Positions 40,251 through 51,216 of a stretch of 64,000 nucleotides of DNA are shown here, one piece after another. The position numbers and the translations under genes were made by a program. The notes beneath the pieces are model-generated. The model ran no database searches. It was not told the DNA's origin and saw only the letters and a program-made list of their open reading frames with translations. Source of the DNA: an uncultured Trueperaceae bacterium (lineage in GTDB: Bacteria; Deinococcota; Deinococci; Deinococcales; Trueperaceae); NCBI GenBank assembly GCA_963815215.1, contig CAWFFU010000009.1, positions 1 through 64,000 of the forward strand, read 5' to 3'. Positions within the stretch are counted from its first letter, which is position 1. Every line of letters begins with the position of its first letter.

Positions 40251-42068
40251 ATGCAGTTCGACGTGATTGTCGTCGGCGGCGGTCACGCCGGGATCGAGGC
40301 CAGCGTCGCGGCCGCGAGACTGGGAGCGCGCACGGCGTTGGTGCTGCCGAACCCGGACACGATCGGCGTGATGCCGTGCAATCCGGCCATCGGCGGTCCC
40401 GGCAAGTCGCAGCTGGTGTTCGAGATCGTGGCGCTCGGCGGGGTGATGGGGCAGCTCGCCGACGAGACGGCCATCCACGCCCGCACGTTGAACGCGAGCA
40501 AGGGTCCGGCGGTGCAATCGCTGCGCGTGCAGAACGAACGTGACGGGTACGCCGTGGCGGCGCGCGCGCTGGTGGAGTCGACGACCGGTGTGGAGATCGT
40601 CCGGGCCGAGGTGGCATCGCTGACGGTGGAGGACGGGGCGGTGGTGGGGGTCGAGACCACCGATGGCCGCAGACTGCGGGCCCCGAGCGTGGTGCTGTGC
40701 ACCGGCACCTTCCTCGCCGGCGTGGTCTGGTACGGCAAGCAACAGCGGCCGGCGGGGCGCCAGGGGGAGGCTCCGGCGCGGCACTTGTCCGCCAGCCTGC
40801 GGGCGAGCGGGCACGAGCTGATGCGCTTCAAGACCGGCACGCCGCCGCGCATCCGCGCCGACTCGGTCGACCTGGGCGCGCTGCAGGAGGTCCCCCCCGA
40901 CGACCCGCCGCGGAGCTTCACGGGCACGGCCGGGCCCAGGGTCCGGCACTCGCCCACCTGGCTGACGCGCACCACTGCGCGCACGCACGAGCTCATCAAC
41001 GCCAACCTTCAGGCCTCGGCCATGTACGGCGGGGAGATCGAGGGGCGGGGACCGCGCTACTGCCCGTCGATCGAGGACAAGGTCGTGCGCTTCGGCGACC
41101 GCGATCATCACCTGCTGTTCGTCGAGCCGGACGGCGTGAACACCAGCGAGCTCTACCTGCAGGGGTTCTCGAGCTCGATGCCGCCCGTGTTGCAGGACGA
41201 CATGATCCGTACCTTGCCGGGCTTCGAGCGCGCCGTGATCCAACGCTACGCCTACGCGGTCGAGTACGACGCGCTCGACCCCACGCAGTTGGCGGTCACC
41301 ATGATGTCGCGCCGTCTGCCCGGGCTGTTCAGCGCGGGGCAGATCAACGGCACCAGCGGCTACGAGGAGGCGGCGGCGCAGGGTTTGGTCGCGGGCGTCA
41401 ACGCGGCGCGGTTCGCGGCCGGCGCGGAGTTGGTGACCGTCCGGAGGGACGAGGGCTACATCGGGGTGCTGCTCGACGATCTGGTGAGGTGGGGAGTCGA
41501 TGAGCCGTACCGGATGTTGACGTCGCGGAACGAGTTCCGATTGCTGCATCGACAGGACAACGCGGCCGAGCGGTTGAGCGCGAAGGGTCATCGCTGGGGC
41601 CTGGTGGACGAGCGGCGGCTGGCCGCCGTGCGGGCCAGCGTGGCGCGGGTCGAGCGGGAGGCGGCCCGGCTGGGCTCGGTTCGCCATCAGGGGGATCCCG
41701 GCACCAAGATCCTGTGCCGGCCGGGCATGGATCATGCCGCGGTGACGGCCTTGGTGGGGGCGCCGGACGAGCCGCTCGACCGGGACGAGGTCGAGCGGGT
41801 GGAGATCGTGGTCAGGTACGCCTCGTACATCGAGCGTTCCAAGAAGCACCTCGACGAGCGGAGTGAGTACGAGGGGCTGAGCCTGGCGGGGGTCGACTTC
41901 GAAGGGGTCGCGAGCCTGTCAACCGAGGGGCGCGAGGTGCTGCAACGCGGGGCGCCGCACACGCTGGGCGCGGCGCAACGTCTGCGCGGCGTGCGCGATA
42001 GCGACGTGACGGCTCTCCTGGTGCACATGAAGACGCGCGGTGTTTCACGTGAAACTGTCGCCACCTGA
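40251..42068 (+). CDS. mnmG: tRNA uridine-5-carboxymethylaminomethyl modification enzyme
   Basis: [57 protein letters not shown]. Confidence 0.97.
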   Translation: MQFDVIVVGGGHAGIEASVAAARLGARTALVLPNPDTIGVMPCNPAIGGPGKSQLVFEIVALGGVMGQLADETAIHARTLNASKGPAVQSLRVQNERDGYAVAARALVESTTGVEIVRAEVASLTVEDGAVVGVETTDGRRLRAPSVVLCTGTFLAGVVWYGKQQRPAGRQGEAPARHLSASLRASGHELMRFKTGTPPRIRADSVDLGALQEVPPDDPPRSFTGTAGPRVRHSPTWLTRTTARTHELINANLQASAMYGGEIEGRGPRYCPSIEDKVVRFGDRDHHLLFVEPDGVNTSELYLQGFSSSMPPVLQDDMIRTLPGFERAVIQRYAYAVEYDALDPTQLAVTMMSRRLPGLFSAGQINGTSGYEEAAAQGLVAGVNAARFAAGAELVTVRRDEGYIGVLLDDLVRWGVDEPYRMLTSRNEFRLLHRQDNAAERLSAKGHRWGLVDERRLAAVRASVARVEREAARLGSVRHQGDPGTKILCRPGMDHAAVTALVGAPDEPLDRDEVERVEIVVRYASYIERSKKHLDERSEYEGLSLAGVDFEGVASLSTEGREVLQRGAPHTLGAAQRLRGVRDSDVTALLVHMKTRGVSRETVAT

Positions 42069-42654
42069 AGCGCTCGGCCGATACCGGGCGCTACTCGACC
42101 GCTACCACCGGACCCTCGACCTGGTCTCGGACCGCGGCCTGGGCGATCTCGACCGGCTCCTGGCCGAGGCGGACCGGTACGCCGACGTGGTGGGGCGGGT
42201 TGCGCCGGACGCGCGCACGTTACTGGACGTGGGGTCGGGGGCCGGGTTGCCGGGCGTGGTGTTGGGCGTGAGGCTCTCGGGAGTACGGGTGGTGTTGAGT
42301 GAGCGGCGGCGCAAACGCGCGGCCTTCCTGACGCTGGTCTGCGCGCAACTCGGGCTCGACAACGTCGAGGTGGTGCAGGGGGACGTGACGGAGCTGGTGG
42401 GGCTCGATGCGGAGGTGGTGGTGGCGCAGGCCGTCGGCACGTTCGAGGAGGTGGCCTGGCTCACACGGCGGGCGAGGCGTGTCGGCTCGGTGTTGCTCAG
42501 CCGCAAGGGTCCGAGCTGGCGTGACGAGGTGGCGGCGGTCGAGGCCGCTGTTGGCGCGGCCGTGACCGTGGTGGCCGAGGAGCCTCTCGGACACCGTGGT
42601 ACCCTCGTCGCACTGCGCTTCGCAGGAGGAACGGCTTGCCCATCATCGGTGTGA
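42040..42654 (+). CDS. rsmG: 16S rRNA m7G527 methyltransferase (start may be 42049)
   Basis: [21 protein letters not shown]; directly follows mnmG. Confidence 0.88.
   Translation: MFHVKLSPPEALGRYRALLDRYHRTLDLVSDRGLGDLDRLLAEADRYADVVGRVAPDARTLLDVGSGAGLPGVVLGVRLSGVRVVLSERRRKRAAFLTLVCAQLGLDNVEVVQGDVTELVGLDAEVVVAQAVGTFEEVAWLTRRARRVGSVLLSRKGPSWRDEVAAVEAAVGAAVTVVAEEPLGHRGTLVALRFAGGTACPSSV
42041..42056. other. parS: parS site
   Basis: tgtttcacgtgaaact, 15/16 match to TGTTTCACGTGAAACA; overlaps the mnmG end and rsmG start. Confidence 0.9.
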
Positions 42655-43394
42655 TCAATCAGAAGGGCGGCGTGGGCAAGACCACGACGGCGGTGAACTT
42701 GTCCGCGGCCCTGGCGGAGCGGCGCCGGATCCTGCTCGTCGACCTCGATCCGCAAGCGAATGCCAGCAGCGGGGTCGGGATCCATCGTCCGTTGCGCACC
42801 GTGTACGACGTCTTGAGCGGGCGGGCGTCGGCGCGGCAGGCGGTGGTGCGGTCGCTGCAACCGAACCTGGCGGTGCTGCCGGCGTCGGCGGATCTGGCGG
42901 GTGCAGCCGTCGAGCTCGACGCGAGCGCCGACAACCTGCTGTTGCTTGCGCGCTCGTTGATCGGCGTGCGGCCGAACTTCGACTTCATCGTGCTGGATGC
43001 GCCGCCATCGATGGGAGCGCTGACGCTGAACGCGCTGGCGGCTGCCGATCACCTGATCATCCCGCTGCAGTGCGAGTACTATGCACTCGAGGGGATCGCG
43101 GGGATGATGGACACGGTGGAGCGCGTGCGGGGGTCGCTGAATCGCGAGCTGAGGATCTTGGGGATCCTGTTGACGATGTTCGACAGCCGCACGAAGCTGT
43201 CGCAGCAAGTGGAGGAGAACGTGCGGCGACACTTCCAGCGGGAGGTGTTCAGGACGGTGATCCCGCGCAGCGTACGGCTGGCCGAGGCGCCGTCGTACGG
43301 ACAGTCGGTGCTCGAGTACGCACCGATGTCGTCTGGCGCGCTGGCGTACCAGAGCCTCGCGGAGGAGGTCATCGATCGTGTCAGCCAAGGCTAG
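42636..43394 (+). CDS. parA: Chromosome partition ATPase Soj/ParA
   Basis: NQKGGVGKTTT, DLDPQAN, QCEYYALEG, VRLAEAPSYG. Confidence 0.96.
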   Translation: MPIIGVINQKGGVGKTTTAVNLSAALAERRRILLVDLDPQANASSGVGIHRPLRTVYDVLSGRASARQAVVRSLQPNLAVLPASADLAGAAVELDASADNLLLLARSLIGVRPNFDFIVLDAPPSMGALTLNALAAADHLIIPLQCEYYALEGIAGMMDTVERVRGSLNRELRILGILLTMFDSRTKLSQQVEENVRRHFQREVFRTVIPRSVRLAEAPSYGQSVLEYAPMSSGALAYQSLAEEVIDRVSQG

Positions 43395-44196
43395 GGGTCT
43401 GGGGCGGGGTCTGGATGCGTTGCTGCCCAAGGTGCAGGGCGGGGTTCAGCAGATCGCGGTGGAGCGGCTGGTGGCTTCACCGCATCAGCCGCGCAAACGG
43501 ATGGACGAGGCCGCGATCGCTGAGCTGGCGGCGTCGATCGCCGAGCGAGGGGTGCTGCAACCGATCCTGGTACGTCCCCGCGGCGACGACTTCGAGATCG
43601 TAGCCGGGGAGCGGCGGTTCCGGGCTGCGCAGCGCGCGGGGCTCGGGAGCATTCCGGCCGTCGTGCGCGAGCTCGACGACCGGGAGACGCTCGAGGTCGC
43701 GATCGTCGAGAACCTGCAACGTGAGGACCTGAATCCGGTCGAGGAAGCGCAGGCGTTCAAGCAGCTGATGGACTTCGGGCTGAATCAGGAGCAGGTGGGC
43801 CGCGCGGTGGGAAGGTCCCGCAGCGCCGTGGCCAACAGCCTGCGCCTGTTGACGCTGCCAGGGGAGGCGGTGGACGCGCTCGAGCGCGGCGACATCTCCG
43901 CGGGACACGGGCGGGCGGTGCTGGCGCAGGGTGAGGACGACCGACTGTGGGCCCTCGACCGGATCCTCTCGCGCGGGTTGTCGGTGCGGGAGGCGGAGGC
44001 GCTCAAGCGTCCGACGGGGGGCAGAGGTGCGCGCGGGAGCGGCGACGGTCGCTATGTCCGGCTCGAGGAGGATCTGAGTCGGCACGCCGGCACACAGGTG
44101 CGGATCCGCGGCGGCAAGCGCGGCCACATCGAGTTGCACTTCCACACCGAGGATGAGTTGACGCGTCTGTTGGAGTTGCTCGGCTACCAGGCGTAG
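43378..44196 (+). CDS. parB: Chromosome partition protein Spo0J/ParB
   Basis: [36 protein letters not shown]. Confidence 0.96.
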   Translation: MSAKARGLGRGLDALLPKVQGGVQQIAVERLVASPHQPRKRMDEAAIAELAASIAERGVLQPILVRPRGDDFEIVAGERRFRAAQRAGLGSIPAVVRELDDRETLEVAIVENLQREDLNPVEEAQAFKQLMDFGLNQEQVGRAVGRSRSAVANSLRLLTLPGEAVDALERGDISAGHGRAVLAQGEDDRLWALDRILSRGLSVREAEALKRPTGGRGARGSGDGRYVRLEEDLSRHAGTQVRIRGGKRGHIELHFHTEDELTRLLELLGYQA

Positions 44197-44226
44197 GCGG
44201 GGTCGAGCGCGCAGCAGCGCTGCAGA

Positions 44227-44242
44227 TGTTTCACGTGAAACG
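44227..44242. other. parS: parS site
   Basis: tgtttcacgtgaaacg just downstream of parB. Confidence 0.9.
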
Positions 44243-44456
44243 GGTGTACCGCCGAGTCCCTACAGGCTGTTCCTGGGGCTCGGGAGCCGTGTCGCTGGTG
44301 GTACCATGCCGACGGAGCCTGCGGGGTCCCCCCTCGCGCGGCGCCGGCGCCCTCCGGGCTCGCTGCGACCCTCGAAGTCGAGCTCGGGTGGGTGGCGCCC
44401 CACGGCGATGCCGGAACGGACCGCAGGCGAACGATGTGTTGATGCGAGGAGATCCT

Positions 44457-45434
44457 ATGAAGAACCCAGTTCGCGTAGCGGTGACCGGCGCGGCGGGACA
44501 GATCGGCTACGCGCTGCTGTTCCGTATCGCATCCGGCGAGATGTTGGGCAAGGACCAGCCCCTCATCCTTCAGTTGCTCGAGATCCCCCAGGCGATGAAG
44601 GCCCTGGAGGGCGTGGTGATGGAGCTCAACGACTGCGCCTTCCCGCTCGTGCGCGGTATCGAATCGTCCTACGATCCCAACGTGGCGTTCAAGGACGCCG
44701 ACTTCGCACTACTCGTGGGCTCGCGCCCCCGCGGCCCGGGCATGGAGCGCAAGGATCTCCTCGAGGCCAACGGCGCGATCTTCACGGTCCAGGGCAAGGC
44801 GTTGAGCGACCACGCGTCCCCCGACGTGAAGGTCCTGGTGGTCGGGAACCCGGCCAACACGAACTGCCTCATCGCGCTCAACAACGCACCCAAGCTGAAG
44901 CCCGAGCAGTTCACGGCCATGACCCGACTGGATCACAACCGGGCCATCAGCCAGCTCGCGGACAAGGCGGGAGCGCAGGTAGTCGACGTCGAGCGCATGA
45001 TCATCTGGGGCAACCACTCCGCCACGCAGGTTCCGGACGTGACCCACGCCACGGTGGGCGGACGTCCCGCCACGGAGCTGGTGGACGCGGATTGGGTCGC
45101 TGGGAGCTTCATCCCGACCGTTCAGAAGCGGGGCGCCGCCATCATCCAGGCGCGCGGAGCCTCGAGCGCCGCCTCGGCCGCCAACGCCGCGGTCGACCAT
45201 GTCCGCAGCTGGGCTCTCGGCACGCCCGAGGGTGACTGGGTGAGCATGGGCATCCCCAGCCGCGGCGACTACGGTGTGCCGGAGGGTTTGGTGTTCTCCT
45301 TCCCCGTGCGGGTCGCCGACGGCGCGATCGAGGTCGTCCAGGGCCTGGACATCCCCGAGCCCGTCCGTCAGCGTATGTCGGTCACGCAGACCGAGTTGGA
45401 GGAGGAGCGGGCGGCGATCCAGAGCCTGCTCTAG
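44457..45434 (+). CDS. mdh: Malate dehydrogenase
   Basis: [37 protein letters not shown]. Confidence 0.97.
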   Translation: MKNPVRVAVTGAAGQIGYALLFRIASGEMLGKDQPLILQLLEIPQAMKALEGVVMELNDCAFPLVRGIESSYDPNVAFKDADFALLVGSRPRGPGMERKDLLEANGAIFTVQGKALSDHASPDVKVLVVGNPANTNCLIALNNAPKLKPEQFTAMTRLDHNRAISQLADKAGAQVVDVERMIIWGNHSATQVPDVTHATVGGRPATELVDADWVAGSFIPTVQKRGAAIIQARGASSAASAANAAVDHVRSWALGTPEGDWVSMGIPSRGDYGVPEGLVFSFPVRVADGAIEVVQGLDIPEPVRQRMSVTQTELEEERAAIQSLL

Positions 45435-45642
45435 GCCGGCGTTCGGGGTCGTTGGCGCGCTTCGTGCGTGCGCGACGGCCGTCCGGACGGTGGTGGTCCC
45501 GGGGCCGCGCGGTTGTCGAGCGCGGCCCCGGGTCGGTGCCGGGGGCGGGCCGCGACATCGGAAGAAATCGGAAGCGTTCCGATTATGCTATGCTCTGCGC
45601 AGCGCGGGGAGCCGCGACGTGGGTCGGGGAAGGTTTGCAGAC

Positions 45643-46173
45643 GTGGCACGAAGCGAGCGCTCAACAACAGATCCCGGGAGACCGGATGGCACCGGTGTGG
45701 CCGGATCCCGAGGGACGGGCGCCGAGCCGGCAGCCACGGGGCCGCGCTCCGTGCTCAAGGAGTACGGCCTGCGCTTCAGCCGGCCACGCGAACGGATCGT
45801 GGCGTACCTGCTCGAAGAGGACAAACACGTCAGTGCTGAGGGGCTCTACCTGGCGCTCAAACAGCGCGGGGAGAACCTGAGCCTATCGACGGTCTACCTG
45901 AACCTCAACGTGCTGGCCGAGGCGGGGCTGGTCCGGGAGTTCAAGGGTGCGTCGGGGCAGGCCTTCTTCGACAGCAACGTCACGCCCCACTACCACGTGA
46001 TGTGCCGGCAGACGGGCGAGATCCTCGACGTCCCGGCGCCTACCGTCGACGGCAAGCCGCTCGGCCGTTTCCTCAAGGAGGCGATCGAAGCCGCCACCGG
46101 CTGGAAGGTCGATGAGCCGCGCCTGAGCCTCACGGGGTTGTCGCCCGAGGCGCAGGAGACCGACGACGATTGA
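45643..46173 (+). CDS. Fur-family regulator (PerR/Irr-like)
   Basis: HVSAEGLY, SLSTVYLNL..L.EAGLV, FDSN..PHYHVMC. Confidence 0.88.
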   Translation: MARSERSTTDPGRPDGTGVAGSRGTGAEPAATGPRSVLKEYGLRFSRPRERIVAYLLEEDKHVSAEGLYLALKQRGENLSLSTVYLNLNVLAEAGLVREFKGASGQAFFDSNVTPHYHVMCRQTGEILDVPAPTVDGKPLGRFLKEAIEAATGWKVDEPRLSLTGLSPEAQETDDD

Positions 46174-46226
46174 CCCGGCGTTCGTGCCCGCCCACGGGTG
46201 GCGGGCGAGCCGGTAGAATCCTCAGC

Positions 46227-47075
46227 ATGACCCAAGGAGAGTTCGCCCCCCGCGGCTTCGCCGTGCGGGAGCCGGTTGGCAACGACGATCTGCGCGCACT
46301 CGAGGACCTCCAGGTCGAAGTGTGGGGGTTCGACGAACGCGAGGCGGTCCCGGCCAGCCATTTCCGGGCGGTGCACCACGCCGGAGGCATGGTGCTCTGC
46401 GCGTACCTCGAGGACCGGCTGATCGGCTTCGCCTACGGCTTCCCGGCGCTCCCTCACGGCGCCTGGACGCACGGCGTGGGGCTCCACTCGCACATGGTCG
46501 GGGTGGGGCGCAGCAGGCAAGGGACCGGCGTGGGCCGTGCGCTCAAGTGGGCGCAACGCGACTGGTGCCTGGAGCGGGACATCCCCTGGATGAACTGGAC
46601 CTTCGACCCCATCCAGGCCCGGAACGCCAGGCTCAACTTCTACCACCTGGGGGCGCTGAGCCGGGAGTACCTGGTCGACTTCTACGGCACCATGCCCGGC
46701 AGCCTCGGTGGGAACCAGGCGAGCGACCGCTTGATGGCCTTCTGGGACCTTAGGTCGCGCGACGTCACCCTTCGTGCCGAGCGCTACGCGGTCGGGTTGG
46801 CGCCGGAGCCGGCGCCGCTGAGGCCCGCACCGTGGTGCCTGCGGCGGGGTCCGGACGGCGAGCCGCAGCGGGTGGGGGTTCCGGCCGATACGGACGCGTT
46901 GCGGGTGGCCGTACCGGAGGACGCGAACCGCCTGCTGCGCGAGGACCCGGGGGCGGCGACGCGCTGGCGCACGGCCGTGCGCGAGGCGATGGCCCCCGCC
47001 ATCGCCGACGGCTTCGTGGTGACGGCGTTCGAGGGAGAGGGCTACCTGCTCGAGCGCGGCGAGCGGGAGTCATAA
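46227..47075 (+). CDS. GNAT-family acyltransferase
   Basis: HSHMVGV...GVGRALK..QR, WTFDP...RNA.LN...LGA; leaderless TAGAAT 7 nt upstream. Confidence 0.85.
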   Translation: MTQGEFAPRGFAVREPVGNDDLRALEDLQVEVWGFDEREAVPASHFRAVHHAGGMVLCAYLEDRLIGFAYGFPALPHGAWTHGVGLHSHMVGVGRSRQGTGVGRALKWAQRDWCLERDIPWMNWTFDPIQARNARLNFYHLGALSREYLVDFYGTMPGSLGGNQASDRLMAFWDLRSRDVTLRAERYAVGLAPEPAPLRPAPWCLRRGPDGEPQRVGVPADTDALRVAVPEDANRLLREDPGAATRWRTAVREAMAPAIADGFVVTAFEGEGYLLERGERES

Positions 47076-47118
47076 CGCGGAACTTGAAAGTCCAGCTTCG
47101 ACGAATAGAAAACCAAAC

Positions 47119-47147
47119 TTGACAAAATGACAAGTCGCCCCTATGAT
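47119..47147 (+). promoter_or_regulatory. Near-consensus sigma70 promoter
   Basis: TTGACA-17 nt-TATGAT with an A-rich UP-like tract upstream. Confidence 0.8.
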
Positions 47148-47163
47148 TCTGGTCAAGGAGGCG

Positions 47164-47388
47164 ATGACCGTGTACGGATGGACCCACGAGCGGATCGGCC
47201 ACATGCGCATCGACGAGCTGCGCAGGCAGGCGTTCGTCGGCGCCCAGATCCGAAGGGCGCGCGGCCGGGTCGGCTCGCGCATCGCCGCGACATTGCGCGC
47301 ATGGGCCGAACGGCTGGAGGCTCCCACGGGCATCATGACGGGCCCGTGGCGCGAGGACTTCCGGCCGCGTGCGGCGCGGCGCGTTTAG
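47164..47388 (+). CDS. Small hypothetical protein (74 aa)
   Basis: RBS aaggagg right after a strong promoter. Confidence 0.55.
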   Translation: MTVYGWTHERIGHMRIDELRRQAFVGAQIRRARGRVGSRIAATLRAWAERLEAPTGIMTGPWREDFRPRAARRV

Positions 47389-47514
47389 CGCGACGCCGCG
47401 CCGAGCGTGAACGCGCCCGGCCTGTCGCGAGAGCGGCGCAGCGTCGAGAGCGAGGCGCAGCGACGAGGTTGAGCGACGAGATTGAGCGACGAAGTCCAGA
47501 GACGAGGCCATGAC

Positions 47515-48489
47515 GTGAACGAGAGCGAACGCATCCACAAGATGGTCGAAGCGGGCACCATCACCGAACGTGAGGCGGAACGTCTGCTGAGCGTCCTGCG
47601 CGAGATCGACCAGGCCGACGGCGAGCTCGCGGCCAGCGCGGCGGCGATGGAGGACGAGGCCCGGCGGGTCGAACGCCTGGACGGGCCGGAGCCGGCGGCC
47701 GCGGCCGCCGATGCCGGCACAACCGCGGCCGGAGACGCAAGCGCGACCGAAAGCGCGGGCCGGGAACCGGTCCCCGGCGCGGTTCCGGTTCCGGCGGCCG
47801 AGGCACCCGCCGGATCGCGTGGGCCCGCGTCCGCGGAGCCGGGCGCCGCCGCCCCCCGGGACACCCGCTGGGTGCGTGTCTCGCTGCTGGCCGGCGACGT
47901 GAGCGTCCGGGCCGACCCGGACGTCGACGAGGTGGTGGTGCGCGGCGACACCGAGAGCGTGCGGGTCGAAGCCACGGCCGACGGCTTCACGGTCGGACAC
48001 GCCAAGGGTGAGGGGCAGGAGAGCTGGGTCGACCGCTTCCTCTCTCGCATCCGCTCGGGCCACGTCGAGCTCCGCGTGCCGGCCGGCTACGGCGTCGATC
48101 TGGCCGTCACCGCCGGCGACGTCGAGATCCGCGGGGTGCCGTTCCTGCGGGGACGGCTGACGTCGGGCAATCTCGACGCGCGCGGCCTGCAGGGCATCGA
48201 CTTCACCACCGCCGCCGGCGACATCAACGTGGAGATGACGCTGACCGAGGGCCGGCATAGCCTGCGAGCCACCGCCGGCGACGTCAGCGTGCGCCTCGGG
48301 GCGGGCTCGGACGTCGAAGTCGACGGCTCCGTCTCTATCGGCAGCGCCTCGGTGCGCGCGCCCGGCTTCGAGGTGGACCGCCGCGGCGTGGGGCAACGGT
48401 TCCGGGGTCGGGTCGGGGCCGGCCGCGCCCGGCTCGATCTGCACGTCACGACGGGCGATGTGGATGTGAAGGTGAGCGATGAACGCTAG
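47515..48489 (+). CDS. DUF4097 beta-repeat protein with a SHOCT-like N-terminus (YvlB/LiaX-like)
   Basis: ERIHKMVEAGTITEREAERLL; repeated xxxGDV strands. Confidence 0.75.
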   Translation: MNESERIHKMVEAGTITEREAERLLSVLREIDQADGELAASAAAMEDEARRVERLDGPEPAAAAADAGTTAAGDASATESAGREPVPGAVPVPAAEAPAGSRGPASAEPGAAAPRDTRWVRVSLLAGDVSVRADPDVDEVVVRGDTESVRVEATADGFTVGHAKGEGQESWVDRFLSRIRSGHVELRVPAGYGVDLAVTAGDVEIRGVPFLRGRLTSGNLDARGLQGIDFTTAAGDINVEMTLTEGRHSLRATAGDVSVRLGAGSDVEVDGSVSIGSASVRAPGFEVDRRGVGQRFRGRVGAGRARLDLHVTTGDVDVKVSDER

Positions 48490-48886
48490 CGAGGAACGAC
48501 GCCGGATCCTGGACCTGCTGGCCGCCGGACAGATCAGCGCCGAGCAGGCGGCCGAGCTGCTGGAAGCCGTGGGGCCGGGGGGCGGGTCGCTACCGGCTGC
48601 TCCGGTCAAGGGTATCGCCCGGCTTCTGCGCATCTCGGTGGATGCCACCCGGCCCGACGGCAGTCGAGAGGCCACCGTTCGGATCAACGTCCCGCTGGGC
48701 CTGGCGAAGTTCGCCGGGCGCTTCCTGCCGCCCGAGGCGCGCCGCGAGCTCGAAGGGCAGGGGATCGACCTGTCGTCGTTGCTCGACTCCCTGAACGCCG
48801 ACGTGCCCGACGGCCGTCTGGTGGACATCGACGCCACCGACGAGGAGAAGGGCACCACCGCCAAGATCATCATCGAGGTGGTCTGA
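48479..48886 (+). CDS. SHOCT-like domain protein
   Basis: ERRRILDLLAAGQISAEQAAELL...VRINVPL. Confidence 0.75.
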   Translation: MNASEERRRILDLLAAGQISAEQAAELLEAVGPGGGSLPAAPVKGIARLLRISVDATRPDGSREATVRINVPLGLAKFAGRFLPPEARRELEGQGIDLSSLLDSLNADVPDGRLVDIDATDEEKGTTAKIIIEVV

Positions 48887-49338
48887 TGCTTCGGTTCCGG
48901 CGCCTGGATGGCCCCGGCCTCCGTGCCTACGTCGACGAGCTACGGCCGCGTGTGCTGGTCGTGCGCATCCGTGCCAAGCGGTTCCGCCTGCTGTGGGCGG
49001 TCCCCATGGCGCCCTTCGAGGAGCTGCTCGCCTTCGCATTGGGGCTGGCCTTGCTGGTCCCGACGGCGGCGCGGTTCCTGCCCGAGGCGAGGCGCGCCCG
49101 GTTCGAACGCCGCGGCGGCCTCGTGGCGGCCGCGAGCCAGGCGGCGGCCGGTGCCTACGTCGTGAGGGAGTCCGGTGATCCCGGCAGCGTAGCCGCTCAG
49201 GAGCTGCCCCAGGGACTTCTCGCCCGGCTCTCGCTCATCGCCGCAGGAGGCCTCGGCGAGGCGCTGCGGCTCCCGCCCGGCACGCCCTACCTGAGCGTGC
49301 AGGGCGAGGGCGTGACCATCGACGTGCGCCCCTACTGA
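48886..49338 (+). CDS. Hypothetical protein
   Basis: TGATG coupling within the operon. Confidence 0.55.
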   Translation: MLRFRRLDGPGLRAYVDELRPRVLVVRIRAKRFRLLWAVPMAPFEELLAFALGLALLVPTAARFLPEARRARFERRGGLVAAASQAAAGAYVVRESGDPGSVAAQELPQGLLARLSLIAAGGLGEALRLPPGTPYLSVQGEGVTIDVRPY

Positions 49339-49379
49339 GCCGTGCGCACCTTGCCAGATCCGAACGAGGGAGACGCATC

Positions 49380-49763
49380 ATGACGAGACTTCCCATGCCC
49401 ACCGCCTGCCCGGTCACCGGCGAGCCGCTGACCGTGACACGGCTGGAGTGCGAGGCCAGCGGCGTGGCGATCGAAGGTCGCTTCACGCCCAACGAGTTCG
49501 CCTTGCTGCCCGAGGAGCAGCTCGAGTTCCTGCGCATCTTCGTGAAGGTGCGCGGCAACCTGAAAGAGGCCGAGCGGGTGCTGGGGCTGAGCTACCCCAC
49601 CGTCCGGTTGCGTTTCGACACCCTGCTGCGGGCGCTCGGCTACGAAGCCGGCCCCGACGCCGGTGAGGAGCGATCGGGCGTGCTGGAGCGGCTGGAGAAG
49701 GGCGAGATCAGCGCCGAGGAGGCCACCCGGCAGCTGCAGACGCTCAAGCGCCGCGGCGCTTGA
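49380..49763 (+). CDS. DUF2089-family protein (Zn-ribbon-like, HTH, SHOCT)
   Basis: CPVTG..L.VTRLEC, RGNLKEAER.LGLSYPTVR.R, LEKGEISAEEA. Confidence 0.85.
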   Translation: MTRLPMPTACPVTGEPLTVTRLECEASGVAIEGRFTPNEFALLPEEQLEFLRIFVKVRGNLKEAERVLGLSYPTVRLRFDTLLRALGYEAGPDAGEERSGVLERLEKGEISAEEATRQLQTLKRRGA

Positions 49764-49986
49764 GCGGCCCGGCACTCGCCCGCGACCGCGAGCGGCGGCC
49801 CGAGCGTCAGTCCGGGCGGCGGCTCGAGCGGCGCCGACGGGCGAGCCGGCTCGGGTTGCGCCCCTTCGAGCCCGGTGGGCCGCAAGCAGCGCGCCGGTTC
49901 ATCGAGAAACGGGCAGTGGGACGCAGATTCTGCCGTGCATCCCATACCACGGCGGGCCCGGAGGGCTTCGGTATACTGACCACTTG

Positions 49987-51210
49987 ATGGCGGACTACTA
50001 CGAGATGCTCGAGGTCGAACGTGAAGCGGACGGGGCCCAGGTCAAGGCGGCCTACCGGAAGCTGGCCCTGAAGTACCACCCGGACCGCAATCCCGGCGAC
50101 CGCGAGGCCGAGGAGCGCTTCAAGAGCATCAACGAGGCCTACGCGGTGCTCTCCGATCCCGAGAAGCGCAGCCGCTACGACCGCTTCGGCAGCGTGGACG
50201 AGTCCGCCACCTTCAGTGGCGACATCTTCGACATCTTCGCGTCGGTGTTCGGCGGCAACATGGCGGGCGCACGGCCGCGCCAGCGCGGTCAGCCCGGCGA
50301 GGATCTCGAGGCCCAGCTCAGCGTCACCCTCGAGCAGGCGCGTGAGGGCGAGACCGTCGAGATCGAGCTCAACCGTTACACCACCTGCGAGCGCTGTCAT
50401 GGCGATCGGGCCGATCCCGACGGCGCCGGCAAGCAGTCCTGCCCCACCTGCCACGGCGCCGGTCAGGTGCGCGCCCAGGCGCAGTCCTTCTTCGGCACGG
50501 TGGTGACCACGCGCAGTTGCCCGCAGTGCCACGGGCTGGGGGAGATCGTCACCGAACCCTGCACCTCCTGCGCCGGTCTGGGTCGCAAGGAGAGCCGCGA
50601 ACCGGTCGAGGTGAAGCTGCCGCGCGGCATCGACGGGGGCTACCGCCTGCGCGTGACGGGCGCCGGCAACGCCGGCGTCGACGGCGGCCCGCCCGGCGAT
50701 CTGTACCTGTTCATCGACATGGCGCCGCACGAGCACTTCCGGCGCGACGGCGACGACCTGTGGTTCGACCTCCACGTGGGGCTGGCGCAGGCGACGCTGG
50801 GCTCGAGCTTCGAGGTCCCGACCCTGGACGGGCCCGAAGTGGTCGACGTCCCCGCCGGCACGCAGTCCGGCTCCGAGGTGCGGCTACGCGGCCGGGGGAT
50901 GCCCCGGTTGCGCCAGATCGGCAGCGGCGACCAGGTGGTGCACATCGTCGTCGACACGCCCAAGCGGCTGTCGGCCAGAGCCCGCGAGCTGCTGCTGGCC
51001 TACGCCGACGAGGCCGGCGAGGAGATCCACGAGCGCGAGACGCTGCTGGAGCGGGTCAAGCACCTGTTCGGCGGCCGGCGCAAGGATCGAGGCGCCGGGA
51101 GCGCCGCGGACGACGGCTCCGAGCACAGCCGCGAGGGCACGGGGGCGCACCGCAGCAAGGTCGGTGGCGCCAAGGTCGGTAGCGCCAAGGTCGGCAGCGT
51201 CGACGAGTAG
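49987..51210 (+). CDS. dnaJ: Chaperone DnaJ
   Basis: J domain with HPD; four CxxCxGxG-type repeats; TATACT upstream. Confidence 0.95.
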   Translation: MADYYEMLEVEREADGAQVKAAYRKLALKYHPDRNPGDREAEERFKSINEAYAVLSDPEKRSRYDRFGSVDESATFSGDIFDIFASVFGGNMAGARPRQRGQPGEDLEAQLSVTLEQAREGETVEIELNRYTTCERCHGDRADPDGAGKQSCPTCHGAGQVRAQAQSFFGTVVTTRSCPQCHGLGEIVTEPCTSCAGLGRKESREPVEVKLPRGIDGGYRLRVTGAGNAGVDGGPPGDLYLFIDMAPHEHFRRDGDDLWFDLHVGLAQATLGSSFEVPTLDGPEVVDVPAGTQSGSEVRLRGRGMPRLRQIGSGDQVVHIVVDTPKRLSARARELLLAYADEAGEEIHERETLLERVKHLFGGRRKDRGAGSAADDGSEHSREGTGAHRSKVGGAKVGSAKVGSVDE

Positions 51211-51216
51211 CCCCCG

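Noticed and set aside
44226..44456. N-terminal extension of mdh starting MFHVKR
   Set aside because: That start is just the parS palindrome; the RBS-backed start is at 44457.
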